Positions 1 to 11,680 of a stretch of DNA of 64,000 nucleotides are shown here, one piece after another (position 1 is the stretch's first letter; every line of letters begins with the position of its first letter). This DNA is from Octopus bimaculoides (Eukaryota). Both the position numbers and the translations under genes were made by a program. The notes below the pieces were generated by a model. That model saw only the letters and a list, made by a program, of their open reading frames with translations. It was not told the origin of the DNA and did no database searches. Location of the stretch: NCBI RefSeq assembly GCF_001194135.2, contig NC_069003.1:10353407-10417406 (forward strand), read 5' to 3'.

Positions 1-42
1 GTGTGTGTTAATGGCTTATACACACCTTCTGCGCTATAATTG

Positions 43-78
<36 letters not shown>

Positions 79-125
79 CATTCATCTTTCTATATTTTGT
101 GCCATTTTCCTCTATTCTGCTGCAG

Positions 126-215
126 AACTGATGAAATATCATAGAATCATTGTTTTACCAAAAGGTGCCAGAAATATCTTCATATCAGAGTCTCCCAGTC
201 GAAATAATTTCATGG
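126..215 (+). CDS. ADAMTS3: ADAMTS2/3/14-like protease, internal exon (spacer domain start)
   Basis: tgcAG acceptor, GTatg donor; xLMKYHRIIVLPKGARNIFISESPSRNNFM matches ADAMTS spacer motif Y..I..IP.GA.NI.I.E; phase 1 to 1. Confidence 0.85.
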
Positions 216-1455
216 GTATGTCTTTAACTAAGCCTTCTCTTATTCACTTCTATTAACTCGCCCTTTATTATGAGAAAAAGAAACCTACTCCGCGGTCATT
301 CGATCTGTAGGAAATGGTAGCTAAATTTCCATGAAAACATACCCTACTCTCTTAAAACCTCATAGGTAAGTCAACTCAACCAGGACTTATTACGTTGTAT
401 TACTGCCCCTTGTTTACAAGCCAACGACAAAGCAAGAAAAGGCCCCCTACGTGGTCTATTGGTTTATTAGAAATAGTAGCTAAACTTCCTTCAAATGATA
501 GCATACTGTCTTAAAAACCTCATGGTTAATTCATTAATCCAGCCTACTACTTGATCGCTCGATATATTAGAAATAGTAGCTAAATTTTTCTCAATTCATA
601 AAAAAAAAGGCAGCGACTCATAACCTAATTAGTACGGACTTATAGTTCCACGACACATCTCACGGATGCTCTAGGATACATCATTAATAATGTTTCTGGG
701 GTCTTTAGAAGTTTCGGGTCTTTCAACATCGGACCCCACTCGCCCAGATGACCCCAGCCGGGGTTGACCAAGTCTCAACCTTTTTTTTTTTTTATCCAAA
801 AACACTTTGTAGTCTCCACTACAACTTCGGAGATGGATTTTATGACCGTCCACTTCGCTGCTCCAAGCCCAGTCAAAGCTTGGCAAAATGAACGCCCCGC
901 AAAACCTCGACCGTCCACTTCAACACTTCAATTTCTGCACTACTCTACTAGTTCCTGGTGTCTGGCAAGCTTCTTCTCTTGAGCTTCCGCCATCTGTTTC
1001 TCCCAGGGCACTGTCAGGTCCTACATAATCACCTGTTCGGTGGAATTTGAGAAAACAGTTATGTCAGAGTGGAGTGACGTTGATATTATGTGTTCTGCGA
1101 ATTTTAATTGTTCGACACTGTTCGATTTCAATTGATTCGAGGCTAAATAATAACATCAACAACAATAACAAGCCAACGAGTGAGCAACGACGTGGTCACT
1201 CAGCAGGCTAAAAGTGACAGCCAGATTGCTTCAAATCATAAGCCATCGTATCTTTTTAAAGTAAAGTTACATTAGACAATTGAGTCCTAGAAAATCAATA
1301 TCTGGGGAAAATGAGAATGTCACCGCTGGAACATCTTTGGTTATTCACCTGCTTGGTCAGGCTTGACCTGAGACAAAACACCCAGTAATATACTGGAAAC
1401 CAATACAATAGGTTATATTCCCCTCTTTGTTGTCATTATTTTTTACTCTATTTTA

Positions 1456-2432
1456 GCGGTATTTCGTCTATCGCTATGTTCTGAGTTCAAACTACGCTTA
1501 GGTCGACTTTGCTTTTCATCCTTTCGGAGTTGATAAATTAAGTACCAGTCAAGTATTGGGTTCGAGGTGATCGATTGTTCTCCTCCCAACAAAAACCCAG
1601 GCCTTGTGCCTATAATAGAAACGATTATTTTGACTCTATTTAAGGCAGCGTGCTGCAGAATCGTTAGCACGCTGGACGAGATGCTTAGTGGTATTGAAAG
1701 GTCAACTTTGCCTTTCATTCTTTCAGGTTCGATAAATTAAGTACCACTGAAACACTGGGGTCGACGTAATCGTCTAGTCCTCTTCCCCTAAATTTCAAGC
1801 TTTGTGTCTATAGTAGAAAGGATTATTTTGCCTCTATTTTGAGTGATGGGTTAGCAGGATCGTTAAAGCGACAGACAAAATGCTTTGCCTTATTCCGTTC
1901 CCTTACGTTCTGTATTCAAACCCCGTCAGGGTCAATATTGCCCTTCATCCCTCCAGGGTCGAGAAAATAAAGAAACAGTCGAGCACTGGATTCTAAGGTA
2001 TTGACAAGCCTCCTTCCCTCAGAACTACCGGCCTTCTACCTATGTTAGAAGCCATTACCTTTTCTAAGTTTAGGATGGTGGAATCTGAGAGTAGTTAGAG
2101 CGTCGAACAAAACGCTATGCGGAATTTCTTCCAGCTCTTTACGTTCTAAGTTTAAATTCCGTCAAGATAAACTTTGCCTTTTAATTCCTCCGGGCCCAAT
2201 AAAATAAAATACCAATCACATATTGGAATCAGATACTTTTTCCCAAAACATCTGACCTTTTTCCGATGTATGAAACTTATTTTCTCTATATTTTCTTTCT
2301 AACATATCCCTAAACCATGTACGTGTATTCTGACACACTTTCAGCCCTTCAGCGGTTGGTAAACTAAAGTACCAATCATGCAACCCTTTTCACAACTTCT
2401 GGTCTTCTGCCTATAATAGAAACAATTGTTGT
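1456..2432 (+). mobile_element. Head-to-tail array of 4-5 tRNA-derived SINEs (family B, Meta/MESC-like core)
   Basis: Repeated gactttgcctttcatcctttcggggtcgataaattaagtaccag core, units ending in (ATT) tails. Confidence 0.8.
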
Positions 2433-2490
2433 GACTATTTTTTTTTCAAGATCTCCGTTGAATCTAATCCTACTTTTATTTCTGTTACAG

Positions 2491-2654
2491 CACTTGAAGA
2501 CGAGAAAGCCGACGAATTCCCTTTGAATGGTGACGGCATTCAGGCCACTTCCCATTCGTTCATATTAAAAGGGGCTCGCTTTGTTTACACCAACACTGAA
2601 ACAGAAGAAACGTTACAAACAACCGGACCGATTAACGGCTTTTTAATTGCATTG
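2491..2654 (+). CDS. ADAMTS3: ADAMTS-like exon (spacer domain)
   Basis: ttacAG/GTatgg; ALEDEKADEFPLNGDGIQATSHSFILKGARFVYTNTETEETLQTTGPINGFLIAL; AL...LNG and E.L...GP motifs of the spacer; phase 1 to 0, fits neighbours. Confidence 0.88.
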
Positions 2655-2799
2655 GTATGGCGTAATTTTGGTCTTTGGTAAAAAAAAAAAACCCAGTGTT
2701 TCCCAGAAATATTTTTCGAACCATCGTCTCCCTCTTTTTTTTTACTAATACATTTTTCAATGACAACCCAACCCTCCCCCTACTTGCTACCAATCAACA

Positions 2800-3155
2800 A
2801 AATTGACTGGTACTTAATTTATCGACCCCCGAAAGGATGAAAGGAAAAGTCGACCTCGGCGCAATTTGAACTCAGAACTTAGAGACAGACGAAATACCGC
2901 TAAGCATTTCGCCCGGCGTGCTAACCTTTCTTATTTCTTTATTGCCCACAAGGGGCTAAACATAGAGGAGACAAACAAGGACAGACAAAGGGATTAAGTC
3001 GATTACATCGACCTCAGTGCGTAACTGGTACTTAGTTTATTTACCCCGAAAGGCAAAGTCGACCTCAGCGAAATTTGAACTCAGAACGTAACGGCAGACG
3101 AAATAGCGCTAAGCATTTTGCCCTGCGTGCTAACGTTTCTGCCAGCTCGCTTCCT
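2800..3155 (-). mobile_element. Two adjacent family B SINEs
   Basis: Reverse complement of the same core twice; CpG intact. Confidence 0.85.
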
Positions 3156-3198
3156 TAGTGACAGTCACTTATTAGCGATCACATTAGAACAAAATCTA

Positions 3199-3483
3199 TT
3201 CGATAACAATTATCTACTTGATAACATTAAGCAGAAAAATTAGCAATCTGGGCCTCAGGTTCTAATAAGTGCGTAATTTTTCCAATTCAAATCCATTTTT
3301 AATACAGAATTTGTGACCCACGAATGTTGATAACAATAACTGTTTGATAACGCTAAGCAGATGATATAGCAATCTGAACAATAGATTCTAATAAGCGCAT
3401 AATTTTTTCAATTTTAATTCATTTTAAGTACAGAGTTTGCAACCCACGAATTTCGATAACAATAACCGTTTAATAACATTATC
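3199..3483 (+). repeat. About 126-bp tandem repeat, 2.3 copies
   Basis: gataacaat...gataac..taagcag...ttctaataag.gc.taattttt...acccacgaa repeated. Confidence 0.8.
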
Positions 3484-3594
3484 CGTGATTATAATAAATG
3501 GCTTCCTTATCGATACTGCATTTTTAATGACTTCACCAATGTTTTTTGGGGTTTTTTTTCATTTTTTTCTTTTTTGTCTTTTTACTACTTCTAG

Positions 3595-3733
3595 TTGTAT
3601 ATGACAGAAAACAACACAGACTCCGAGATAACGTATAGTTACACGGCCAGTCGAGATGATTACACTTTTGAGAAAAACAGTTTTAAGTGGCGTTTTGACA
3701 AATGGAGTGAATGTAGTGTTTCTTGCGGCGCAG
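3595..3733 (+). CDS. ADAMTS3: ADAMTS-like exon (spacer end, TSP1 repeat start)
   Basis: ttctAG/GTaagc; LYMTENNTDSEITYSY...FKWRFDKWSECSVSCGAG has the W....WS.CS.SCG.G TSR signature; phase 0 to 1. Confidence 0.92.
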
Positions 3734-3830
3734 GTAAGCGATTGTCGTTGCTATTGTTGGTGTTGTTGTTGTTGTTTTTGTTGTTGTTGTTGTTGTTGTT
3801 GTCATTGTTGTTGCTGTTGTTGTTGTTGTT

Positions 3831-4080
3831 AAGACGGTGAACTTGCAGTCAAAACGTTTAGCTAGCGTCATTTCTCCTGGGGTTTATGCTGTGTCAAGGT
3901 CAACTTTGCCTCTCGTATCTTTCAGAGTCTATAAAATAAGTACCTGCTGAATACTGGGATTGATTTAATCCACATGGCCCTCCCCTCAGAAAATTAGTGC
4001 CCGTAGCAGAAATTTCGTCCTGTCTTTGTCCTTACATGTTTTTTTTTTTTAATTTATATTAGCCCTTGTGGGCACAACTG
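3831..4080 (+). mobile_element. Family B SINE
   Basis: Head gacggtgaacttgcag, core and ccccttgtgggca tail. Confidence 0.75.
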
Positions 4081-4287
4081 GTTATGGCCAAGAATCTCAC
4101 AAGAAAATCTGTAGTATTGAGCAGAATATTTGCTGTGGCCCATCTTTTATGCCAAGACAAAACATGCACATGATAGCACTTCCAATCAGTTAAGATCAAA
4201 AGTCATGAGAGCCACTGCCTGGTACTGCATCAGGGCATTTATTATGACTGTTATTGTTGTTGTTGTTATTATTATTATTATTATTAT

Positions 4288-4331
<44 letters not shown>

Positions 4332-4680
4332 TTCACTAGTCTTATTCACGTGCTTTCACTACACTACCGAGCGCAGCTGTGTGTGCCTTGGGTATGTGCT
4401 GTGATTTGTTGTGATGCTCTTATTGTTACTGTATGGAAAGTGTTTTTCATGGGATGTGTGCGGTGCCTAGTAGTGCTATTCTCTGTATGTTATATATACT
4501 TGTAAGTCCTGGTGTTTTTGTTATGTATTTGTCTGAATTTTTTAATCATACCTAAAGCGCCTACTATGATAGGAATTGTTTCTGTTTTTAGACTCCACAT
4601 TCCAGTTACCTCGATCTTTGTATTTTAGAGAAACATTGTCATCTATTGGTATTGATACGTCGACTAGAAAGCATTTTTCC

Positions 4681-4730
<50 letters not shown>

Positions 4731-4740
4731 TTTATTATTG

Positions 4741-4781
<41 letters not shown>

Positions 4782-4859
4782 TACTTTTAATCTGCGTGTT
4801 TGTTACAATCACTCGCCGAGACACACCCAGCGTCCTAGGGCGAGTGAAGAATAAGTGAT

Positions 4860-5128
4860 GTTACAGTATGACTGAAAGCTTGGGGAGTTCAAATGACAGG
4901 GGAAGTAGCGAAATATCTTCATGTAGTGCAATACAGACATTTAAATTGATAAGGTTTTTCTAAGGATGCGAGTAGTACTTGTCAACACAATCTTCTGAGA
5001 CAAGGTTCTCCTGGGATATTCTCTGAGACAAGATTCTCCTGAGATATTCTCTGAGACAAGGTTCTCCTGGGATATTCTCTGAGACAAGATTCTCCTGAGA
5101 TATTCTCTGAGACAAGGTTCTCCTGGGA

Positions 5129-5132
<4 letters not shown>
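4860..5132 (-). mobile_element. 3' end of an RLE-type (R4/Dong/NeSL-like) non-LTR element with internal minisatellite
   Basis: Minus-strand SQKIVLTSTTRILRKTLSI* parallels LQKITLMGTAHTLWKALSI* at 47320. Confidence 0.65.
4993..5132. repeat. 28-bp minisatellite x5 with A-B-A-B-A variants
   Basis: Unit ctctgagacaag(g/a)ttctcctg(g/a)gatatt. Confidence 0.97.
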
Positions 5133-5183
<51 letters not shown>

Positions 5184-5244
5184 GTTGTTGTTGTTGTTAT
5201 ACATTCATGTGTACACACACATACATACATACATACATACATAC

Positions 5245-5545
5245 ATGATGATGATGGCCGTCCACTCTTGACCGAGGAAGACCATTGCCGACCTTCAGGA
5301 ACATTGTGCGCTCTAGGACTAACTTATATTTTGCATTTGCGGCTCCGTTGGTGGCTAATGAGCCCTGATCTTGACAAGCATATACGACTGCAAACATTGC
5401 AGATTAAGCTTTCCCCATTCACTATACGAGCCGTGCGCTTTCGCGCAGCTCGCTTAAGTTCTTCATGCTGGATACGTGCTCTGTCAAAAGTGTCGATCCC
5501 CTCCTTAACCTGCTTCCTCCATCCGGGGTGATGACAGGCATTGTT
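5245..5545 (-). mobile_element. RTE/BovB-like LINE 3' end
   Basis: WRKQVKEG...CNVCSRICLSRSGLISHQR zinc-finger-like C-terminus followed by (CAT)n tail. Confidence 0.75.
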
Positions 5546-5549
5546 CTCA

Positions 5550-5583
<34 letters not shown>

Positions 5584-5910
5584 CATACATACATACATAT
5601 ATACATACGGCTTCTCTGTTCAGATTATAATTATCTTTAATACCAATAATAGCCAGTGTACTTGATTATGTGAGTAAATGCCGAGGTGTCAATCTGGATT
5701 AGCCAGGGTTTTCAGAAAAAAGAAATAAACTAACTCACACAAAACAAATACAATCTGTGAACGAAACAGTAACAATATGCAATACCATTCTCAAGTTTAA
5801 ACTGTGATTTTGTTTTCGTTATCTCCATTCCAATGAGGAAGCTTTGTATCTTTGTTAGAAACCAGCTCCTCAGTGGAAGAATTCAAATTGTTAAAAAGAG
5901 AAGAGAACTA

Positions 5911-6022
5911 ACATACAGACAAACATACAGACAGACAAACATACAGACAGACAAACATACAGACAGACAAACATACAGACAGACAAACATACAGACAGAC
6001 AAACATACAGACAGACAAACAG
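5911..6022. repeat. 16-bp tandem repeat (ATACAGACAGACAAAC)n
   Basis: Directly visible. Confidence 0.9.
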
Positions 6023-6078
6023 ACATGTGTATGAGCATGTGTTATTAATTGGTCGATAATTAATGTCTTTGCCAACAG

Positions 6079-6211
6079 GAACGCAGAATACGATGTACAA
6101 CTGTTACAATACACTCACCGATAAACTTGTTGACAAGAACTTCTGTCTCCATCTTGAAAATCCCCGGATTGACAAAGTGGAATGTACACGGGAGGAGTGT
6201 ATGAAATCGAG
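6079..6211 (+). CDS. ADAMTS3: ADAMTS-like exon (TSP1 repeat body); not in the ORF track
   Basis: caacAG/GTaaat; GTQNTMYNCYNTLTDKLVDKNFCLHLENPRIDKVECTREECMKSR resembles ADAMTS3 GFQYTKYGC..K.V...FC; phase 1 to 2 bridges flanking exons exactly. Confidence 0.9.
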
Positions 6212-6514
6212 GTAAATATACATGGTGGTGCTCCAGCATGAGCGCAGCCAAATGGCTGAATCTAATAAAAGAATGTTGTTATGTCTTCACTCAGTGATCT
6301 TCGCTGCCTCTCCCCTACTATCTCCCTCTCTCTCTCTCTCTTTCCCTCCCTCCTTCTCTCGCCTTCTCTCTCCCCCTTCTCTCTCTTTCTCTCTCTCTCC
6401 CTCTCTCTCTCTGTATATATATATATATATATGTATATTTGCATGCATCTTATGTATGTATGTATGTATGTATGTTTGTTTGTATGTATGTATATGTACA
6501 TCATAATCGTCAGT

Positions 6515-6800
6515 CGAAGCGACGATGAGCATCTAGTCATCCTTAAGAATGACTGATGACTTGCACGACGACATAGCTTAAAGAAAAGTTGCACCCCGTC
6601 CACTTTACTCTCTTGTCCATGGCCATCTTCAATCCAGGCGTTAGACCAGGTCAAGAGAACTGGAGATGAAGACGGATGCAGCGGATGATCAAAATGTCTT
6701 ACATTCCTCATCCTGCTCTCCACAATGCGATGCTGCAACCATCTTCCCTTCCCTTGAACCATGAAGGTTTCTTCCACAGAGTTCACCAGATTCAGTCTTC
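6515..6800 (-). mobile_element. RTE-like LINE 3' fragment
   Basis: Decayed RT-thumb-like reading and short 3' tail ending in microsatellite. Confidence 0.55.
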
Positions 6801-7326
6801 ACAACCATAGATAGGCAAGTCCTAATATGCTAATTAGCTCATAGCTGAAACTCTGATAGAGTAGGGTAGACCTAGGAACAGAATAGACCTGGGAACAACA
6901 GTGACCAAGAGGCGGTTCCGTCTTTCCTCAAAACTCTGGAACATTGTACCAGGGTTCCACTACTCAAATGCAGTTTAAAGTCATGCTCAACACAAATTTA
7001 TAACCAATTGCCTCAGGAATCTACAGGAATTTTCATTAGAACAGGATAATATAAAGCAAAGCAGCCAGGAAAAGAGAACCCATTGGTCCAACAGTAATAT
7101 GTGATGAATGCGGACGATTTAGCCTCACCAGAGCTATCCTCACAGGTCAACTACGGAAAAACGTAGAAAGACCATAGCTACTATTTCTAACAGATCGAAT
7201 GATCATGTAGTAGGAATGACAATTTTCTTGCCTGTCTTTGTCTTTTGTCTTCTGTAAATTTGAACTATATATATAGTTTTGAAATATTATAAGTAAGTTA
7301 TGAAGAAAGCGCTTCTTTTTATGCAG

Positions 7327-7534
7327 GTGGGTGGTTGAACGATGGAGCAGTTGTTCTAAAACATGCGGCTCAGATGGTGTGGAGAAACCCGTATACTTTT
7401 GTGTGTCAGACAGCCGAAAGAAAGATGAAGTGATTTCTGATTCTTACTGCGATAAAAGTAAAGAACCCAATGGTACCCGGGAATGCAACCGGGTTCCTTG
7501 TGCTGGAGAATGGCAAATCGGTGAATGGACTAAG
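7327..7534 (+). CDS. ADAMTS3: ADAMTS-like exon (TSP1 repeat and start of the next)
   Basis: tgcAG/GTaaga; WVVERWSSCSKTCGSDG...CNRVPCAGEWQIGEWTK; CG.xG spacing and CNRVPC are typical of ADAMTS2/3/14. Confidence 0.93.
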
Positions 7535-7879
7535 GTAAGATTTTTGTCAATTATTTTTTTATGTATGTATGTATGTCATTATTCAGTTTTGTTTCAAGAT
7601 TTCTTGCCAATAGAGAAAGAACCGGTTTCTAACCTAGAACCATGGCTCCTTCATTTTAAACAATTAACTTCACAAGATATCACATACCTTGAGCCGTTTA
7701 TTACCTATTTAGATGTTCATCAATGTTGCCGTAGAATAAATCGTTGATAGCCTTGAACCTAAGGCTCTTGAAGATTTTACGCGTACTTATCTGGGATGCC
7801 TACTTAAACGGGTCCGTAATTAACTGGGAGCTTACTGTACTGGGGTCCACGAACTAGAAAGAATTGTTAGTTCATTCGT

Positions 7880-9042
7880 TTACTCTTTACTCTTTTACTC
7901 TTTTACTTGTTTCAGTCATTAAACTGTGACCATGCTGGAACACCGCCTTTAGTCGAGCGAATCGACCCCAGGACTTATTCTTTGGAAGCCTAGTACTTAT
8001 TCTATCGGTTTTTTTGCCGAACCGCTAAGTTACGGGCTCGTAAACACACCAGCATCGGTTGTCAAGCGATGTTGGGGGGGACAAACACACACACACACAC
8101 ACACACACACATATNNNNNNNNNNNNNNNNNNNNNNNNNNNNNNNNNNNNNNNNNNNNNNNNNNNNNNNNNNNNNNNNNNNNNNNNNNNNNNNNNNNNNN
8201 NNNNNNNNNNNNNNNNNNNNNNNNNNNNNNNNNNNNNNNNNNNNNNNNNNNNNNNNNNNNNNNNNNNNNNNNNNNNNNNNNNNNNNNNNNNNNNNNNNNN
8301 NNNNNNNNNNNNNNNNNNNNNNNNNNNNNNNNNNNNNNNNNNNNNNNNNNNNNNNNNNNNNNNNNNNNNNNNNNNNNNNNNNNNNNNNNNNNNNNNNNNN
8401 NNNNNNNNNNNNNNNNNNNNNNNNNNNNNNNNNNNNNNNNNNNNNNNNNNNNNNNNNNNNNNNNNNNNNNNNNNNNNNNNNNNNNNNNNNNNNNNNNNNN
8501 NNNNNNNNNNNNNNNNNNNNNNNNNNNNNNNNNNNNNNNNNNNNNNNNNNNNNNNNNNNNNNNNNNNNNNNNNNNNNNNNNNNNNNNNNNNNNNNNNNNN
8601 NNNNNNNNNNNNNNNNNNNNNNNNNNNNNNNNNNNNNNNNNNNNNNNNNNNNNNNNNNNNNNNNNNNNNNNNNNNNNNNNNNNNNNNNNNNNNNNNNNNN
8701 NNNNNNNNNNNNNNNNNNNNNNNNNNNNNNNNNNNNNNNNNNNNNNNNNNNNNNNNNNNNNNNNNNNNNNNNNNNNNNNNNNNNNNNNNNNNNNNNNNNN
8801 NNNNNNNNNNNNNNNNNNNNNNNNNNNNNNNNNNNNNNNNNNNNNNNNNNNNNNNNNNNNNNNNNNNNNNNNNNNNNNNNNNNNNNNNNNNNNNNNNNNN
8901 NNNNNNNNNNNNNNNNNNNNNNNNNNNNNNNNNNNNNNNNNNNNNNNNNNNNNNNNNNNNNNNNNNNNNNNNNNNNNNNNNNNNNNNNNNNNNNNNNNNN
9001 NNNNNNNNNNNNNNNNNNNNNNNCACATATATATATATACAC

Positions 9043-9129
<87 letters not shown>

Positions 9130-9215
9130 CATTATGGGCTTCTTTCTGTTTCCGTCTAATAAATCCACTCACAAGGCTTTGGTCTGCCTCGAGACTATAG
9201 TAGAAGGCACTTCGC
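7880..9215 (-). mobile_element. Family A SINE halves flanking the N gap
   Basis: 3' half 7880-8114 and 5' half 9130-9215 with the family's central (CA/TA)n; may be one or two copies. Confidence 0.7.
8115..9023. other. Assembly gap in the last visible ADAMTS intron
   Basis: 909 N; a phase mismatch across this intron implies hidden coding sequence. Confidence 0.95.
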
Positions 9216-9273
9216 TGCAAAGCGAACTACATAACCACACAGCCCATACCTGCGCCTAGAAATTAAGTTGGAC

Positions 9274-9348
9274 TGCTGTGACCAGGATTTGAACTTGGTT
9301 TACCGCGTCTACAACGTGGTGGGGCCTTAACCTATAGGCGATCTCAGC
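9274..9348 (-). pseudogene. tRNA-His-like cloverleaf with GTA anticodon (pseudogene or SINE head)
   Basis: Acceptor GCTGAGA/TCACAGC, D stem GCCT/AGGC, anticodon CCACG-TTGTAGA-CGCGG, T arm CCAAG-TTCAAAT-CCTGG; 3 mismatches and 3 extra nt. Confidence 0.6.
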
Positions 9349-9761
9349 CGTTTGGTAGCCAAATTCAGACACCAATTAAATGTTTAAATGAAGTTTACAG
9401 TCATTGCACGTTGTTGGATGGCATAGAATATGTATCTTCAACATTGCGATCGTTTAAGATAAAATCGCTTGCCTGACAAGTACACATTCAGAAAATTTCT
9501 GAGAAGAAATTATTTTTAAAATCGGATTTGTATGTGAAATCGAAACGATAAGCTTATATATTTTATATTTCTATCTTTATTTTTATGCCTATTCTTTTTT
9601 GTTTTTTATTCTTTTTTATTTTAGTTTTGTTTTATATTTTTTTATGTTCTGTATTTTATTTTTATTTTTATTTCTATTTAATTTTTATTTTTAATTTTAT
9701 CTTGAGATTTTTATTTTTAATTTTATCTTGAGATTTTTATTTTTATTTTGTTTTTCCACAG

Positions 9762-9892
9762 CTAAAGTCACTGTTTGCCTAACGGACAACACCCAGTTTT
9801 GTAAATACGGCTCGACCAACCGCACATGTTTCTACAACGGTTACAGAGAGCTCTGCTGCAAATCTTGCGAAAAGTTTTTAAAGAACTACTAA
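9762..9892 (+). CDS. ADAMTS3: ADAMTS-like terminal exon (PLAC domain) with TAA
   Basis: Long polypyrimidine tract then ccacAG; KVTVCLTDNTQFCKYGSTNRTCFYNGYRELCCKSCEKFLKNY* has the PLAC C..D...C...C...Y...CC.SC pattern. Confidence 0.9.
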
Positions 9893-10614
9893 AGAACCAA
9901 AGAAGCAAAAGAACACTTCCATCTCACCATTTTACACTGTTAAACAACAAGGAAAAAAAACCCAAAAGAACTCTCGAATGAAAAGAAAGAAACAACTCGA
10001 AGACCAACCGAATTTTATATCTGGTATCAGATATAGAATTATGAAGAAATTTACGAATTTAATATATTTTTCGGCTATTTTTAGAGAGAAAAACCACCCT
10101 GTTTGATGGCATAAAAGACGCATATTCAGCGCACCCGGATTTCACCAGTGCATATTCAGGAAAAGATGATTTTAGTGTATAAAAGCCTATGGGTGGCCCA
10201 ACTTTGCATATAGGGCCAAGGGGGGATTTTTTTTTTTTTTTTTTTTNNNNNNNNNNNNNNNNNNNNNNNNNNNNNNNNNNNNNNNNNNNNNNNNNNNNNN
10301 NNNNNNNNNNNNNNNNNNNNNNNNNNNNNNNNNNNNNNNNNNNNNNNNNNNNNNNNNNNNNNNNNNNNNNNNNNNNNNNNNNNNNNNNNNNNNNNNNNNN
10401 NNNNNNNAAACAATTGTTTTCCATGTAATGGCGATGGTGTGTTTATTTCTTTCTTTTTTTTTTTTGCATATTTTTTTTTTATTAAAAACTGTTTATTTTT
10501 GTTTTCGTTTTATGCTCTGTTTTTTTTAAAATATATTTTTATCTATTTTTTTTACAAGTGTAGTTGATAGTCAACTGCACGTGCGAGGATACGGGGGAAA
10601 TTTTTCATTGTAGA

Positions 10615-10645
<31 letters not shown>

Positions 10646-10701
10646 GTGATGATGATGGTGATGATGATGGTGGTGATGATGGTGGTGATGATGATGAGGA
10701 T

Positions 10702-10732
<31 letters not shown>

Positions 10733-11060
10733 ATGGTGGTGATGGTGGTGGCGGTGTGTTGGTGATGAAGATGATCATCGTGACGACGTCGGCAACGATG
10801 ACGGCGATGATGATGAAGATGACAACAATGACGGCAACGACGATGATAATGATTGTAATTACCTTGATGATGATTATCCCCATGATTATAATGACGATTA
10901 TTAAAATGATGACGAGAGCGAGGATGATCATTGATTGGCTAATTCATTGATTGGCTGATTGACTGTTTGACTTATTGGTTGAGTAGTTGAGTGATTGATT
11001 GATGATTGATTGATTGACTAATTGGTTGAGTAATTGAGTGATTGATTAATGATTGATTAC
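10615..11060. repeat. Degenerate (GAT/GAC/GGT)n followed by (TTGA)n
   Basis: Low-complexity trinucleotide and tetranucleotide runs. Confidence 0.85.
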
Positions 11061-11643
11061 ATAATGAATTTTTAAATATACAACACAGGGTTAACTCAGT
11101 AGCGAGTGAAAGTTCTTGTCTTAGGATCTCTGCCTACCCAGTGTACCGCACCCCCGCAGCAACAACGACAACAACATCAATAATAATAATAATAATCCAT
11201 AATAAAACATGTCGATGATGATGATGATGATGATGACGATGATGATGATGATGACGATGATGATGATAACGGGCACAATGATATTGATGGTATCCGCAAA
11301 AGAACAACAATAACATTAGCAACAGCAACAATTAATATGGCAGGGTAATAAACATAGAATTGACTGGTTGATATGCATATTTAACAAACGTGCGTAGTTA
11401 AGGAAATGGTAATTAGTGATTAGAGACGGTGGCTCGAAAGAATTGTAAGAGAAATAGTGTTCCTACGCATACACACAAATGCACACAAACCCAGAAAGAC
11501 AAAACGTATTTACACATAGATATAGAGGGGCAAATGTATGTATTTGTGTGTATATAGTTGAACTTTATAGAAAAACAAAAGACGAACACATGTATAAACA
11601 ATTAGCAAGTGTATTAGTTTGCCGCTCGGGAAAAATGAAAAAG

Positions 11644-11680
11644 TCTTTGACGTTTCGAGCCAACGCTCTTCAGCAGAAAA
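11644..11680 (-). ncRNA. Isolated hammerhead-like motif of a Penelope-type terminal repeat
   Basis: ctg ctgaa GAGC gttg GCTC GAAAC GTC aaag; sister copy at 28282. Confidence 0.45.

Noticed and set aside
3740-4860. Poly-Leu/Tyr/Val/Ile ORFs
   Set aside because: Translations of (TTG)n, (TTA)n and (TAG)n microsatellites.
6060-6251. Minus-strand 63-aa ORF with a GTGAGT donor
   Set aside because: It is the antisense shadow of the real ADAMTS exon 6079-6211.
10564-11331. Asp-, His- and Ser-rich ORFs after the ADAMTS stop
   Set aside because: (GAT)n microsatellite translations; the gene already terminates at 9892.
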